Origin: Spirogloea muscicola
Lineage: Eukaryota
Direction: 5' to 3'
Assembly: GCA_009602725.1 (NCBI GenBank)
Contig: WELB01000010.1
Span: 278,025-330,686 of the forward strand
DNA length: 52,662 nt
Below the pieces are notes generated by a model. That model made no database searches and had not been told where the DNA came from. It saw nothing but the letters and a program-made list of their open reading frames with translations. This document shows, one piece after another, positions 13,772 through 25,391 of this stretch (positions within the stretch are counted from its first letter, which is position 1; every line of letters begins with the position of its first letter). The translations under genes were made by a program, and so were the position numbers.

Positions 13772-16700
13772 CTACCTCATGCCATCCTTGACCAAGGCCG
13801 CAAGACCTTCCCTTAATCTTTTGCAGGCATCTAAGAACCTATCCCCTTTCAGATTGGCGAAGGCCACCCTTAAGTGGCCAGGAGCTCCGCAGGCACTACC
13901 CGGAATGACACAGACACCGTGCGTCTTAGCGAGCCATTCTACTACCTTCTTATCATCTTGCTGCTTGCCGGGGAGCTTAGCCCACAAGTATATGGCGCCC
14001 TCTCCTCCTCGTATTGCACCATTGCCTAAGGGCTCCAGAGCTTCAAGAGCAGCTCTGCGATTCACCTCGAGAGTAGCAACATGCGACTTGACCCAAGCCG
14101 GCCCCGCCTTGAGCGCTGCCAGTGCCAAGTGCTGGCTGACGACTGCAGCACAGATGGGCACTGTGTCCTGCACTTTGAGCAGCTGCTTGCCAATGTTCGA
14201 ATGCTGTGCGGAAGGGTATGCAATCTGGCCAATATTGGAACAAGTCAACAGTGAGCTGCAAGTAGCTCGACTTGTGAATTGCATGCAACAACAGCCATGT
14301 GGAGGCCACAGGACATGCTGACCGTGGAAAGCCTGGCTACTTATCTGACATGCGAATTGAGTGACCAGCATGGTATTTGGCAAAATGTTGTGCGGCACTT
14401 ACGTAACCAACTCGCCAGCCCATCATCCCATACGCCTTTGAAAAAGAGAAGATGTTGATGACATGATCACCTTCCACGCACTCATGTTGCAGACCTCTGT
14501 ACATAAAGTACCTGCAAGATCTTATCATCCTGCGTGAGCCCTCAAATGCTTCAGGACACATGAAGGTGCTGGTAGCTGCGAAATAAGAAGCATTCTTCTT
14601 ATTTGCTTGGGGTTACGTTAGAATGCCTTCAGGCATTGACATGCCTCCAGCATAATTCTCTCTAACACCTTTGCAACATTCTGCTGGATTGAACAGGCCT
14701 GCTTCTGATGCCAAGCTGGTCAGGCAACTCACTCGTATGTATTGTCCACCACAAGCCAAGAGCCTGCTGCTTTGCAGATGCCTGAGATTCTCTGAAAGTG
14801 GTCAAAGGCAAGAGAAGACCATGAATACCTGACATGCTCCCAGAGAGTTGCTACAGTGGCCCTCTCTTTGTAGACAAGCACGCCGACTGAAGTAGAGGTA
14901 TTTAAAAGAACGGGTCCTCAAAGAAGGAGAGGCAAATGAGTCAGTCCACAGAAAAGGTCTTGCTGACGTATATAACGCAGATCCGTGAAGTCAGAGCTTG
15001 AAGCCTCCTAGAGAGACTCCTTGAGGTGCTTTATAGTACCTTCAGGAGCGGTCCAGGCAAATATGTGCCAGTGGGGTTTCCAGGGTTAATGACAACGACC
15101 ACCTTTGGTATCAATCCACCCTGACGTCCAGATAAGGCTTCCTCCAGCCAGTCTGTGATAGCGATGGCGCCATTTGATAATGACAGCCTCTAGTAGCTTG
15201 AAAGCAAAAGGACAATGCGTGAAGAGCAATGCATATTCATACTTAATTCTGTGACAGCAAGCTGCTGTCACCTGCTACTGAATTTGCAATACCTGCATCT
15301 GGATGAAGGTCATGATCGCACTGGCCATAGACTATGTTCTTGGTGCCACTCATGTGAAATGCCATCAGGTGATTGAAGTAGTATGGAACAAAGAGGACAA
15401 CAGCGTCTTCTGCATCGCACGTCGCAAGCACCACATTGGTGAAAGCCTGCATAAGCAGGCCAAAAGTGGCAAGTTTGCCCTGGTCGGAACGATTTTCTTG
15501 AAGCTGATGTTGCCTCCATCCACATTGAGACCTCTACGATAACCCTGCGAGCTTGAAATTGGAGCTGACAGTCCATGCAGGTACAGCCTAGTGCGACCTG
15601 ATAGTGAATACATAGTCGTTACTGGGAGTGGAGGACAAAATATGTTGGACGAGAGCACCCCCGATGCTAATAACCATCTCTCAGAGCACGCATGCGGGGA
15701 ACATGATGACGGCCAGGTCTCCAGTGCAACCATTACAAGCGCACAAAGTCACCTGATTGGCTCCCGCTGTGACCATGATTGATGAGTCCACCAGGTTGTT
15801 CTCCTCTTTGATCTGATCAATGTCACAGATGCAACAAGTCGTGAACCTCATCTTGCTGGGGCATAAACCTGCATGGTCACGAGGTGTATCTGCTCTGAAA
15901 CAGTGACGTTCCAAATCTGTGGCTGTTGGCTTCTAGGAAACCATCACCAATGCTCCGGACGGGTTACACGATGATGGCTGGTGTGCAGGCTACATTGTCT
16001 GTACTCATGATATTTATTGGGGAACTGGAGAACCTTCTTCAGCAAGGCAGCCTTCAGCTCTGGGATGCCGTCATCAGCAGCATAGCCACTGACACTTGGC
16101 TTGAAAACAGCCTCTTTTGCCTCCTCCAATGCTTCTATTGGAGGTGCCCAGTGCACAATGCCCTTCACGCCATAAATTTCAGATCAACAGAGGCTGTGAG
16201 TAAGTCAGCACCCGTCGGCCTCTGCCTCCTGTCTGTCAGAAGCAGCGGGCCATGCTGCCAGATCCTTTCATCATGAGTCAGCTGCCTGTGGAATGCACAA
16301 CTTGGCAACTCTTATAGAATGTCATTGTTAGCTGTACCTGGGCAAGGGAGATGACATCAGTGGCTCCTCGTAGAAGCTCCTGCATCTGCATGCCGAGAAG
16401 AACACGGAACAGCAAAGGTCATGGATGCATTGCTGACCAACTTCTCTGCTGTTTGGCCTTTTACGCAAAAGGCCGTTACTGAGACCTCTGTCAACATCGT
16501 CGCTGCTTTGCACGGGCCAGAGCATCGAAGTCAGAGATGAGAACTGATCCCATCAATTGTAGGCCTCAATGTCATAAAAATATCAAACGTGATCAGCAGT
16601 ACCACTGGTAAGGCCCGCGGGCAGCTGCCTTTCGATTCTGCTCTTGCTTTATACTTTACAAGGTCTTTGCTTTGCAGCTGCCATACTGCTAGAGCTTCTC

Positions 16701-17109
16701 AGCCTGTACAGATGTACCTTCCACCTCCTCAAGCGGCCCTCGTTGCTGCGACTCGGTAACACCACAATTGAATGCTCTGTCACCTGATCAACACCGCATC
16801 CGACAGGCCCTAGGCCACCGGACCGAGCGAACCTTGATATAGAGGACGAGGACGGCAGGGCGCCGGTGGACAGCGCCGGCCGACCTGGACGATGCAGGGT
16901 TCGTCGGTGGCCAGCACTCTGCGCGACGCCGTAGCCGTCGCTGCCATGGTCCCTGGCGACGGCGCAGCTCCCGCAACGCGGGCCGTCAGCTGCGGTGCCC
17001 GATCAGGCCGCACGGCCGCGTGTACGGCGATCCTCCGCGGCTGCAGCGCCGTCAGGCGCCTGGCGGCGGCGGTGGCGGCAGGGAGGACGCCCAGGGCCAG
17101 AGCGGCCAT
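13772..17109 (-). CDS. ISS1: PLP-dependent class I/II aminotransferase, ISS1/VAS1-like aromatic aminotransferase
   Basis: Exons encode SRRVLATDEPCIVQ, ISLAQGIVHWAPP, IMVTAGANQAF, PYYFNHLMAF, VINPGNPTG, LVVDNTYEYF, FSFSKAYGMMGWRVGY (PLP lysine), GGEGAIYLWAKLP and IPGSACGAPGHLRVAF. Confidence 0.92.
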
Positions 17110-17426
17110 GGGCCGGGTGTGCAGGATCAGCGACGAAGGGGCCAGCTACGTGGGCGTAAAGAATCAAAAGCCGGCTAATATCTGGCCGGGCACTAGTTGT
17201 GTGGAGGGCCGCTCTCCAACGGAGCCCGCCGTCGGGCACTGCGTCGGCCGACTCCCTCCATGGAGTCCGCCTATCACAATATCTGGCAGGCTGCTCGAAC
17301 GACACTTTTCGTCACTAGTGGATTCTCTGTCGGCTGAGCGTCAGCGGCCAGGACTAGGCCCAGCGCCCCAGCGCTGGTGCTGCCGCGGCGGCGGCGACGG
17401 CGGCGGCGGCGGCGGCGGCGGCGGCG

Positions 17427-17505
17427 ATGGGCATGCCGTCCGGCCCGAAACGGCCCCCAGTTCGAGGACATGGCCCGCGCCAAGCAGGTGCGCCCGCCAC
17501 AGCCG

Positions 17506-17537
<32 letters not shown>

Positions 17538-20500
17538 CTCCCGCGTACTCACGCCCGCAGCGCCAGGACCGGCCTTCGCGCTGCTGCTGCCCCCCTCAGC
17601 TCTCGCACCTCGCTGTGGACGACGACTGCGACAGCCCCGCCCCTCGCCAAGAGCTGGGCGCGGCTAGAGAAGCACCTGCATTGTCTGCGGAACAAAAACT
17701 TGGCTTGGCGATACGTTGCCGGCACGCGCTTCCAGCCGGCAGCGCTGACGGCGACTGGCGCTGTGGCCCGCCATGCCAGGCTGGGGATCCCAAGTTCGGC
17801 TTCCTGTTTGGCGGCGATCCCGGGTCGGACGCCGACGTGGGCAGCCAGTTCTATGATTGGAAGAAAGCGCAGCTGCGGGAGCAGGTCCAGGCCGTCGACG
17901 CCGTCCCCGGCCCCAGCGGGCTCGTGCCATCCCAGGGGAGTCTGCCGACTGCGCAGTCCCAGCAGGAGGAACCCATGTCGCCTGCAAGCTCCGATGATGT
18001 TATCGTAGCAGGTGAGGAAGAGGTCGCTGCTGCCGTGCAGAGGACGTTGTCAAAGATGTCACATTGCGCTCTCGTCTGGGTCGCTCAAGTCAGAGTGCTT
18101 CCTTTCGCCAGAACGTGCAGAGCTTGAGCTTGAGCACGTTGGCCAACTCTGGCCACCTTTGATGCAATCTTCTCTTCTCTCAGCTGGGCACCCGGTAAGA
18201 CCGAGATTGTCCTGCAGACAGACCTTGGAAGTTTGTTGAGTCCAGAGCTTCCCGCTTCCTGCTGTCAGATGATGCGGTTCAACACGGGCCGAGTGCACCC
18301 AATGTCCAGCTCCCCAATAACCTCGACAGAGCAGCGGCACCGTCCAGCTTGCATGGCCCTGCTGCAAAATACAGCAGTAGTACCAGGTCAACTTCTGCCG
18401 CAGCCGTGCCCGGGACAGGCGAAGAGCGTGACGGTAGAGGAGAGGCTGGCGACGGGTTTGCGGTCGCGCGCAAGCAACAACCTGCTGACCCTCCTCCTCT
18501 AAGCGAGCTCATTCCGCCGTCAAAATTATCGGACGAACGATTGCCTCCACCTCCGCGGCCGGGTGTGTCACTTCTGCGCTGACTTCTTCATGAGGCCTAT
18601 GTGTGCGGGAACTGCAGCGGTCAAGGGCCCATGAAGCAGGCCGACAACCAAGACTCAGGATTGGGCTGAATGATGTTCGACAGGATCGTAGTGAGGCTGT
18701 CAGCTGCATTTGACTGTGGCGTGCGGCTACTGCTGATATGCGGCGCCGCCTCCGGAGCTCATTGCCATCTTTTACGTGGTCGGGCTCTGCAGGCAGGCGA
18801 AAGACTGGTTTCGACAGGCCTGCCATGGAGGAGGTAGGAGCAGAGCAGGCGGCCAGCGCTCGATTGGCTCCTGAAAACGTCGCTGCAGACGCGTCCCCTT
18901 CTGAGAGGAAGCAGGAGCCTGATAGGTCCAATCCAGAGAGGACGAGTTTGCCTCGGACACGGCAGTACGAGCAGTTGCCTCGGAGGGCTCAAGGCCAGCT
19001 GGGTAAGGAGGAGGTGTCAGGTAGGGCAGATAAGGTGGACTTGGCAGGACCAAGGCCCAGGCCCTCTGACGGCAAGGACTCGAGCAGGGGCGCTGGTGGC
19101 GGCCGTACTGACGGTCACAAGGAGGAGCTGGAGCAGCAGGCTGCCGTGGATGAGTTCGGGAGGCTCCAAAGGCCGGGCGGCGACGACAGTGACAGCGACC
19201 TCGGCTCTCCCCGGAGGAGGAAGGACGGCAGGCGGACTCAGGGACCATGGCCACGGACGTCGAGGAGCCCTGTGCCGGCCAACAGGCACAGGAGGTCGCC
19301 AAACTGGAGGTCAGCTTCCAGGATCCTGGCCATGATTGTGTCACCTCCAAAGTGCAAGTGCATGAATCTCGGCTTGCTGTTTGTCTGCTGTCATTTCTGA
19401 CTACTGCCTCCTCATCTGACATTCCTCGTAGAGCGTCACACTGTCCTTGTCAGGCACTCTCCTAGAAGTAGGAGGGACCGCTCCTCTTCACCACAGATGC
19501 ACGTCAGCAGAGGCATGGAGGGCGACAGGCGTGAACCACTGCAGAGGGGGGCATGGCAGCCTGCAGACAGGGATGGTGGTGGGAGAGGTCCTCAGGATAG
19601 CAGAGGGGGCCGCGTCAATGCCTGCTTCCACTATGCCAGAGGACACTGTGCCAGGGGCGACAGCTGCAAGTTTCTGCACACGCGAACAAGCGGTGTGGCA
19701 CAAGGTCCCGAAGCAGGCAGGGACAGATACAATGCAGGGCGGGCTCGAGAGTCTGACACAATGTCGTCGAGAAGAGGACCGTACTCATCTCAGGGGAGAC
19801 ACGGAGGACATGCAGCGGGTAGGGCAGAGGGTGATGAGTGGTTCCGCAATCGATCGCCTCCTGAAGGCCCTCCACATGTGGGCAATGACCGGCGTGATCC
19901 CTCCGCCTCGCCTAGATCGAGAGAAGTAAGGCGGCGGGCTGATGGGCTCCAAGAACTCCCTGCCAATGCTGCAGCACAGACGGACCCAAGGCCCGTTGGC
20001 AGAGAACCTGGTGGCGCTGTACTGCGCCCGGCTCAGCTCGGCAGCTGGTCGCCCTCCTTGGAGCCCACCCCGTCCTCACATGCCCAGAGCACATCCCCTG
20101 GTCTGTCGGAGGGCATCCCGGGACGTGGTGGCAAGGCGCTCAAAGAGCAGGGGCCGCAGGACGTGACCTCGGATGAGCGTCGCGCGCTGGCCGCTGCGGA
20201 CCCCAACAGGCTGGCTGGCTCAAGTGCAGCGCTCAGCGACACTCCTCACACCAGGCAAGCTCAGCAGCAGCACCAGCGGCACACAGATGCAGGCCCACAG
20301 CCCCTGACCCAGGGCACCAACAGTGGCTGGCAGGACTGTCCGCCTGTTTGGCACCGCGATCCGGGTCAGCCCCGAGGATCAAGCCCAGCAGGACACATGC
20401 ATGCAACTTCTGGCCTCGACGCAGCGAGCGAGGAGGGGCGCTTGCAGTTTGCGGCCGTGCAGAGTCGACCAGAGCAGCAGGACTCCAGGCCTTGGGCAGT

Positions 20501-21023
20501 TGCGGAGGCCCGGGCTACGCACGTGACTGGATCACAGGCGCTGATCGTACCTCAGGGTGCTGGCAATGGAGGACGCCTGAATGGCAGCAGCCATTTTGAA
20601 GAGGATCGCCCAGCGCCGACGGTGGCGACGGTCCACGTAGATGATGCTGGCCTGTCAGAGGGGATTGACCGTGTGGAGCCTGCCTGGACAGTGAGCAGCG
20701 AAGAGGTGGAGAAGAGGTTGCAGGTGGTGGACGTCGAGATGGCAGAGCCTGTCAGGAAGGAGAGCAAGGGGGCCCATTTGCTTCGGGTTGCCATCGCTGA
20801 GTGGGTGAAGGAGGAGCTCAAGTCAGCGTGGAAAGAGAAGCGCTTGACCAAAGAGGGCTTCAAGCTGGTCGCGAAGAAGGCTGTGGACAAAGTCGTGGGT
20901 GCATTACAGCCTCACCAAGTGCCGCAGTCCTCTCACCAAGTGCAAGCCTTCTTCACCAGTGCTCAGAAGGATAAGATGGCAAAGCTTGTCAAGGTACACT
21001 CTCATTCTCTTACCAGACAGTAA
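17427..21023 (+). CDS. SURP/SWAP + CCCH zinc finger + C-terminal SRI-like domain protein (RNA processing); 5' and 3' ends uncertain
   Basis: ARNGPQFEDMARAKQ spliced to AGDPKFGFLFGG...FYDWKK (SURP); RS-rich middle; CFHYARGHCARGDSCKFLH (C-x7-C-x5-C-x3-H); AIAEWVKEELKSAWKEKRLTKEGFKLVAKKAVDKV...KMAKLVK, then a splice donor at ~20994. Last exon not located. Confidence 0.8.
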
Positions 21024-22411
21024 GAGCAACTTGTCTCTTCAGCGGTCCAGCTTCCACTTCCTCCAGGAATGCGAGACCTTTTGACCTTTTCGGATCGTTG
21101 GCAGCCTGTGCTTTTCCGGCAATCAATGGCTTGCTCGTGCAACCTCGTATTGTGACACAAGAAGAGGAACTTGCGCAGAGGTCATCTGGTATTGCAAAGT
21201 GAGGAGAGGCGTTGATGCCTGTGTTTGCAATGACAGGGTTACATCGAGAAGCACAGGAAGGCTCAGACTTGAGCATCTGAGATACGGGCAACCAGTTTCA
21301 CCCTAGGGGCCTTGCTCGTGCAACTGGAAGCCTGCAGCAAGCAACGAGTCCATAAAAAGTGTGGCAAAGGTTTGGCATCTCCACCGACTTGCCTTATGGC
21401 TGCTTAATCATATAGAGGAAGAGAAGGGCGTCTTGACATGCGCATTGTGACTGATATGCTAAAGGTGCAGTTTCACTGTCAGTGGTATCCAAGCAGTGTT
21501 TGCTTTCAGTTAAGGAGAATGTATTCTATGCTATTGATTGCGGGCCAAAGCCTTTAGTGGGAGAATGGTGGAGCATGGAATGTGGCTATGCCCAGCTGTG
21601 TTATCAATGACGACGAGCTCATTCTGGAAATATGTCTGGAGATGGCCCTCTGATATTCCTCTCACTGCAGGCTGAGAGCAAGGCGAGATGACGCCCCGCA
21701 GGCTCGGTTGCTTCGTCAAGTGCTTCACCTGCCACGAATGGCGATTGCTGTGTGCTTCAGCCTCCACTGCAACTTACACCTAATTGCCCTTGCTGGTTAC
21801 GGAGGCGGCAAGTGGAGCCCAGTGCCATCTGAGCAGCCTCATGACACGGTGGCTCCTCCGACGGGGCACTCTTCTTGGGCAGGGAACAATACATCACGAT
21901 GATGTCGAGCAAGACGACTTTATCATTGCACAGGTTCTTAGCGACCATCAAATGACCCACTTTTGCTGCCGCCTTCTTCCAGCTTCTTCATCCCTCTCCC
22001 ATCCTAGCATGCCAGCATGTCAGTGCCCCTACTTCGCTGCTGGTCCTTGCCAGGCTCACCACTGTCATACCCTGTCGCACAAGTTATTACTGTTCACAGG
22101 GTATGTTCCCCCGGCTGCACAGCCAATCTGCTCTCAAGTCTTGCTCTGATGTACAATCACGACAAGCTCTGTTGTGCACTTGTTACTTGGCAGCGATTGC
22201 AAAACGCTGTGTCTCAGAGGGCTGAGCTACCAGGTGCACATTGCATGCTTGGGTCGGTCGACCACTGGTGTGCATCAGTTCAAGGAAAGTTACTGCTCTG
22301 TATGAGAAGGTCGGATCCGATGGTTGCTATGCTGGTGACACAAGGCTTCCAGACGGGACTCTGCGGAATGCCAGGCGATAGGACCGGGCCCATCATTGTC
22401 CTCTTCCCCTT

Positions 22412-22442
22412 GATTCTTCAATATCAGCAGCCGCATTTCTTT
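22412..22442 (+). mobile_element. Very short family-B 3'-terminal fragment
   Basis: GATTCTTCAATATCAGCAGCCGCATTTCTTT matches the family-B terminus GATTCTTTAAATATCAGCAGCCGTTTT at 22834-22860. Confidence 0.6.
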
Positions 22443-22702
22443 GGCACATCAACCAGCGGGTACTGCCTAAGGTGAAACCACGAGACACTGGCGTGTGAAT
22501 TAGAGCGACCGGTCAGCGTAGCAGCAGGTGATGCACATCTGTCGATGTGCTTACCTTTGTACTTGGCCACTCAGGCCCTCCATCACCCATTACACACTCC
22601 AGTCTCAAAGACCGCTGCGGCGACACTAACAGGCGCATGAGAGACAAGGTACAAGGAAAGCGTAACATGGTATCAGCCTCGACTCGCGCTCCCTCTGCTC
22701 TA

Positions 22703-22866
22703 GGGGTTGCTCTTCCTCCCCTCAGCTCATCCGACTTCCTACTGCTGACACGGGGGTACTGAGGGCGCCCTGTCTGCCTAGCCTTTGGCTCCGTCATGAG
22801 CACCTGTCTACATCTGGCTGGCCGTTTAAAGCCGATTCTTTAAATATCAGCAGCCGTTTTGTTTCT
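22703..22866 (+). mobile_element. Short 3' fragment of CRE-like element, family B
   Basis: GVALPPLSSSDFLLLTRGY* followed by the conserved 3' UTR GGGCGCCCTGTCTGCCTAGCCTTTGGCTCCGTCATGA...ATATCAGCAGCCG. Confidence 0.9.
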
Positions 22867-22931
22867 CAGGGCCGTCACGGGGTCTGGGGCCCCGGCCAGG
22901 CGTCCGCGCCGCATGCGGCGCCCCCCCCCCC

Positions 22932-22933
<2 letters not shown>

Positions 22934-23016
<83 letters not shown>
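22934..23016 (+). repeat. Poly(A) run (~83 nt) between a poly(C) run and an N
   Basis: Seen directly. The adjacent N at 23017 suggests an assembly or gap-fill artefact. Confidence 0.8.
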
Positions 23017-23063
23017 NGCCAGCCGTCTGCGGCGGCGGCGGCGGCGGTCGCGGCGGCGGCGGG

Positions 23064-24984
23064 ATGGAGGCCGGCGGCGTGGACTCGGAGGGCCGGCACT
23101 ATGAGACGCCCGCGGACATGTGGCGCGCGGAGCTCGGCCGCGGCGACTGGTACGCCCGCGGCGTCACGTACTGGGAGGTGAGCGCGCGGGAGCTGGCTCA
23201 GCTCGGATCTGGCGCCGCTGGGTTCCACTGCCGCTCTCGGCGGGACTCACGGCAAGGATGTGCTCGACGATGCGCTCGTTCGCCGCCATCGGGCGCAGAG
23301 CCGGCCTCGGCGCCGTCGTGCATTAGGTAGCGCTTGCCCGTCTCGGTGGCGCTCACCCGTTTTCGGAGGCTCCGTTTGGCGCAGGGTGTGGAGGCCACCG
23401 TGGACGGCGTGCTGGGGGGCTACGGGACCGTCAGCGGGCGGGACATCGCGGAGAGCGCCGCCTTCCTGCGGGACGCCTTCGGCGCCCAGCTGGCCGGCTC
23501 CACGGCGGAGGGCCGCCGCCTCGTGGCCGCAGGTCCAAGCGACGGCGGCCGCCACGGCTGCATCGCCGAGCCTCCCACCCGCGGGGCCGGCGACGCGGCG
23601 CTGGGGTCGTTGCCGGGCCCCCCGCCAGCACGGCGCCGCCGTTGATGCCGGCGTGGTGGCCGCCTCACGCTGTGGCAGACTGCGGCGCCGGCGTGGGCCG
23701 AGTCACGCAGCACCTGCTGCGCCACTTCTTCCATGAGGTGACCGGAGCCGTCAACTTGTACCCACTGCTGCGTGCTGCTGCCTGCATTCACCACAGACGA
23801 GGTCAGAGTCTTGGGCAGTGGACCAGGGCCGCCAGCTTCAGGCGTCTGCAGTTGTTGTGGCCTTGGGACAGGTGGACCTTATCGAGCCGGTGGATCACTT
23901 CCTGGCGGCCGCTCGGAACACTCTGGAGAGCTCGAGTCCCACAACCACGGCGGCCGTGTCCTTCATCTGCTTGCCCCTTCAGGTTCATGCTCTTGACGGA
24001 CTCGGTAGGGTAGTTTCACTTGTTGTCAGGCCGCTTACAGCTCCAGAGGTAAAGATTGGAAGATTGTCGAAGTTGCGTGGCAGATGAGATGCTGTCATGG
24101 GACAGGCTGCTCATTGAGCATGTGGGGGTGCCACTTTTGTGGCAGGATTTCACTCCTCAGGCCGGCAGATATGACGTGATTTGGGTGCAGTGGTGTCTCG
24201 GCCACCTGACTGACCATGACTTTGTACGCTTCTTCGGGCGGGCGCAGGTAGCACCAACACCGTCAGCTTATACTTGCATACTGACGATGCCTTCCGCTCA
24301 TGTTCCACCTTGGCAGTCTGTCACTGAGACTGAGACTCAGAAAGGTCATACACATGGTACACTGAGTTTCTAGTATGCGTGGGTTTGCGGTGATCAGGCT
24401 GGACTCAAACCGGGGGGGCTCATATTCGTGAAAGAGAACAACGCCAACCAGGGTAAGCATGTCATGTTATCCAGCCAAGAGCGCGTGTGTTTCCCCGAAT
24501 CATCGTTCGCAACTTCTGTGCACCACAGCATGCACTGTCAGAGGTCTTACTCGCTGACGAGGCCTTGCAGGCTTCAACTTGGACAAAGAGGACAGTAGTC
24601 TGACAAGATCAGATCCATACTTGCGCGACCTCCTCCGGAAGTCTGGCCTGCACCTGAGACTCGTCAGAGTGAGGCTTCCTCCCTACTGCGCGTCAAGCCT
24701 TTCTGCCAAGGGTCAGATCGCCACTTAGCTGACCCTTCTCTTTGCTTGCTCCAGTAGACAGTCAGGCATAGACCGAAGGGCACTTGTGCTCTCAGAGATG
24801 CAGCATGCTGCGGTTGAGTCCTCAAATCGTCTGCTGCCATGCTTGACAGCGGCAGAAGAATTACCCGAAGGAGCTCTTTGCGGTCAGGATGTATGCCTTG
24901 TCACCCGACGAAGCACCCTCCATCCCCGTTGCCAAGCAGACCAGATTCAGGCAGAAGAGTAACCTGCCCGGGCTCATCTCTTGA
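23064..24984 (+). CDS. NTMT1: Alpha-N-terminal protein methyltransferase 1 (NTM1/METTL11A/Tae1 family)
   Basis: WYARGVTYWE-GVEATVDGVLGGYG, DCGAGVGRVT (SAM motif I), VDLIEPV, LQDFTPQAGRYDVIWVQWCLGHLTD, GLKPGGLIFVKENN, DKEDSSLTRSD, QKNYPKELFAVRMYAL; stop at 24982-24984. Confidence 0.94.
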
Positions 24985-25391
24985 CACAGATTTCGTTTGC
25001 AAGCCTGTCACACTGCGAGAGGCACTTGCATGCGAGAGAATCTCAATTGCGTAAGAGACCTCAGTGTGCAGGCTGTACGTCGCACAGGATGTTAGCGACC
25101 AATTTGACATTCTTGGCAAGCATATTTTACATATGACCATTGGTGAGGTCCCTAAAGAAGAAAAATATGTTGTTGGGTCCCCCTGTATGTACTCCTGGAC
25201 GTACCAGATGTATCGATGGGAACTTGACTAAGCAGTCCTGCTCTATATACAGAAATGTGCTTGCAGCAGGCATCCTAGCAGAGCGTGCGGGCTGCACTGG
25301 ATGCTCGAGTGAGAGATCTCCGATGAGGGGGCCAAGTGGCTGTAGCAAACTGGCCAAAGGTGGGTGGGCAGGCAACTGGAGACGGCACGTG

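Noticed and set aside
16892..18127. 411-aa plus-strand ORF
   Set aside because: It runs through the ISS1 first exon (antisense), the promoter, microsatellites and an intron. Only the GDPKFGFLF exon looks coding; the length is explained by high GC.
22699..22705. TCTAGGG at the 5' junction of a family-B copy, identical to the family-A TSD
   Set aside because: Opposite orientation relative to the element, overlaps the element's own GGGG, and is not duplicated at the 3' side; treated as coincidence.
22921..23017. Poly(C) plus 83-nt poly(A) as a retroposon tail or a poly-Lys/poly-Phe ORF
   Set aside because: It ends at an N, is separated from the family-B terminus by ~70 unrelated bases, and other copies have no poly(A). 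Most likely an assembly artefact.
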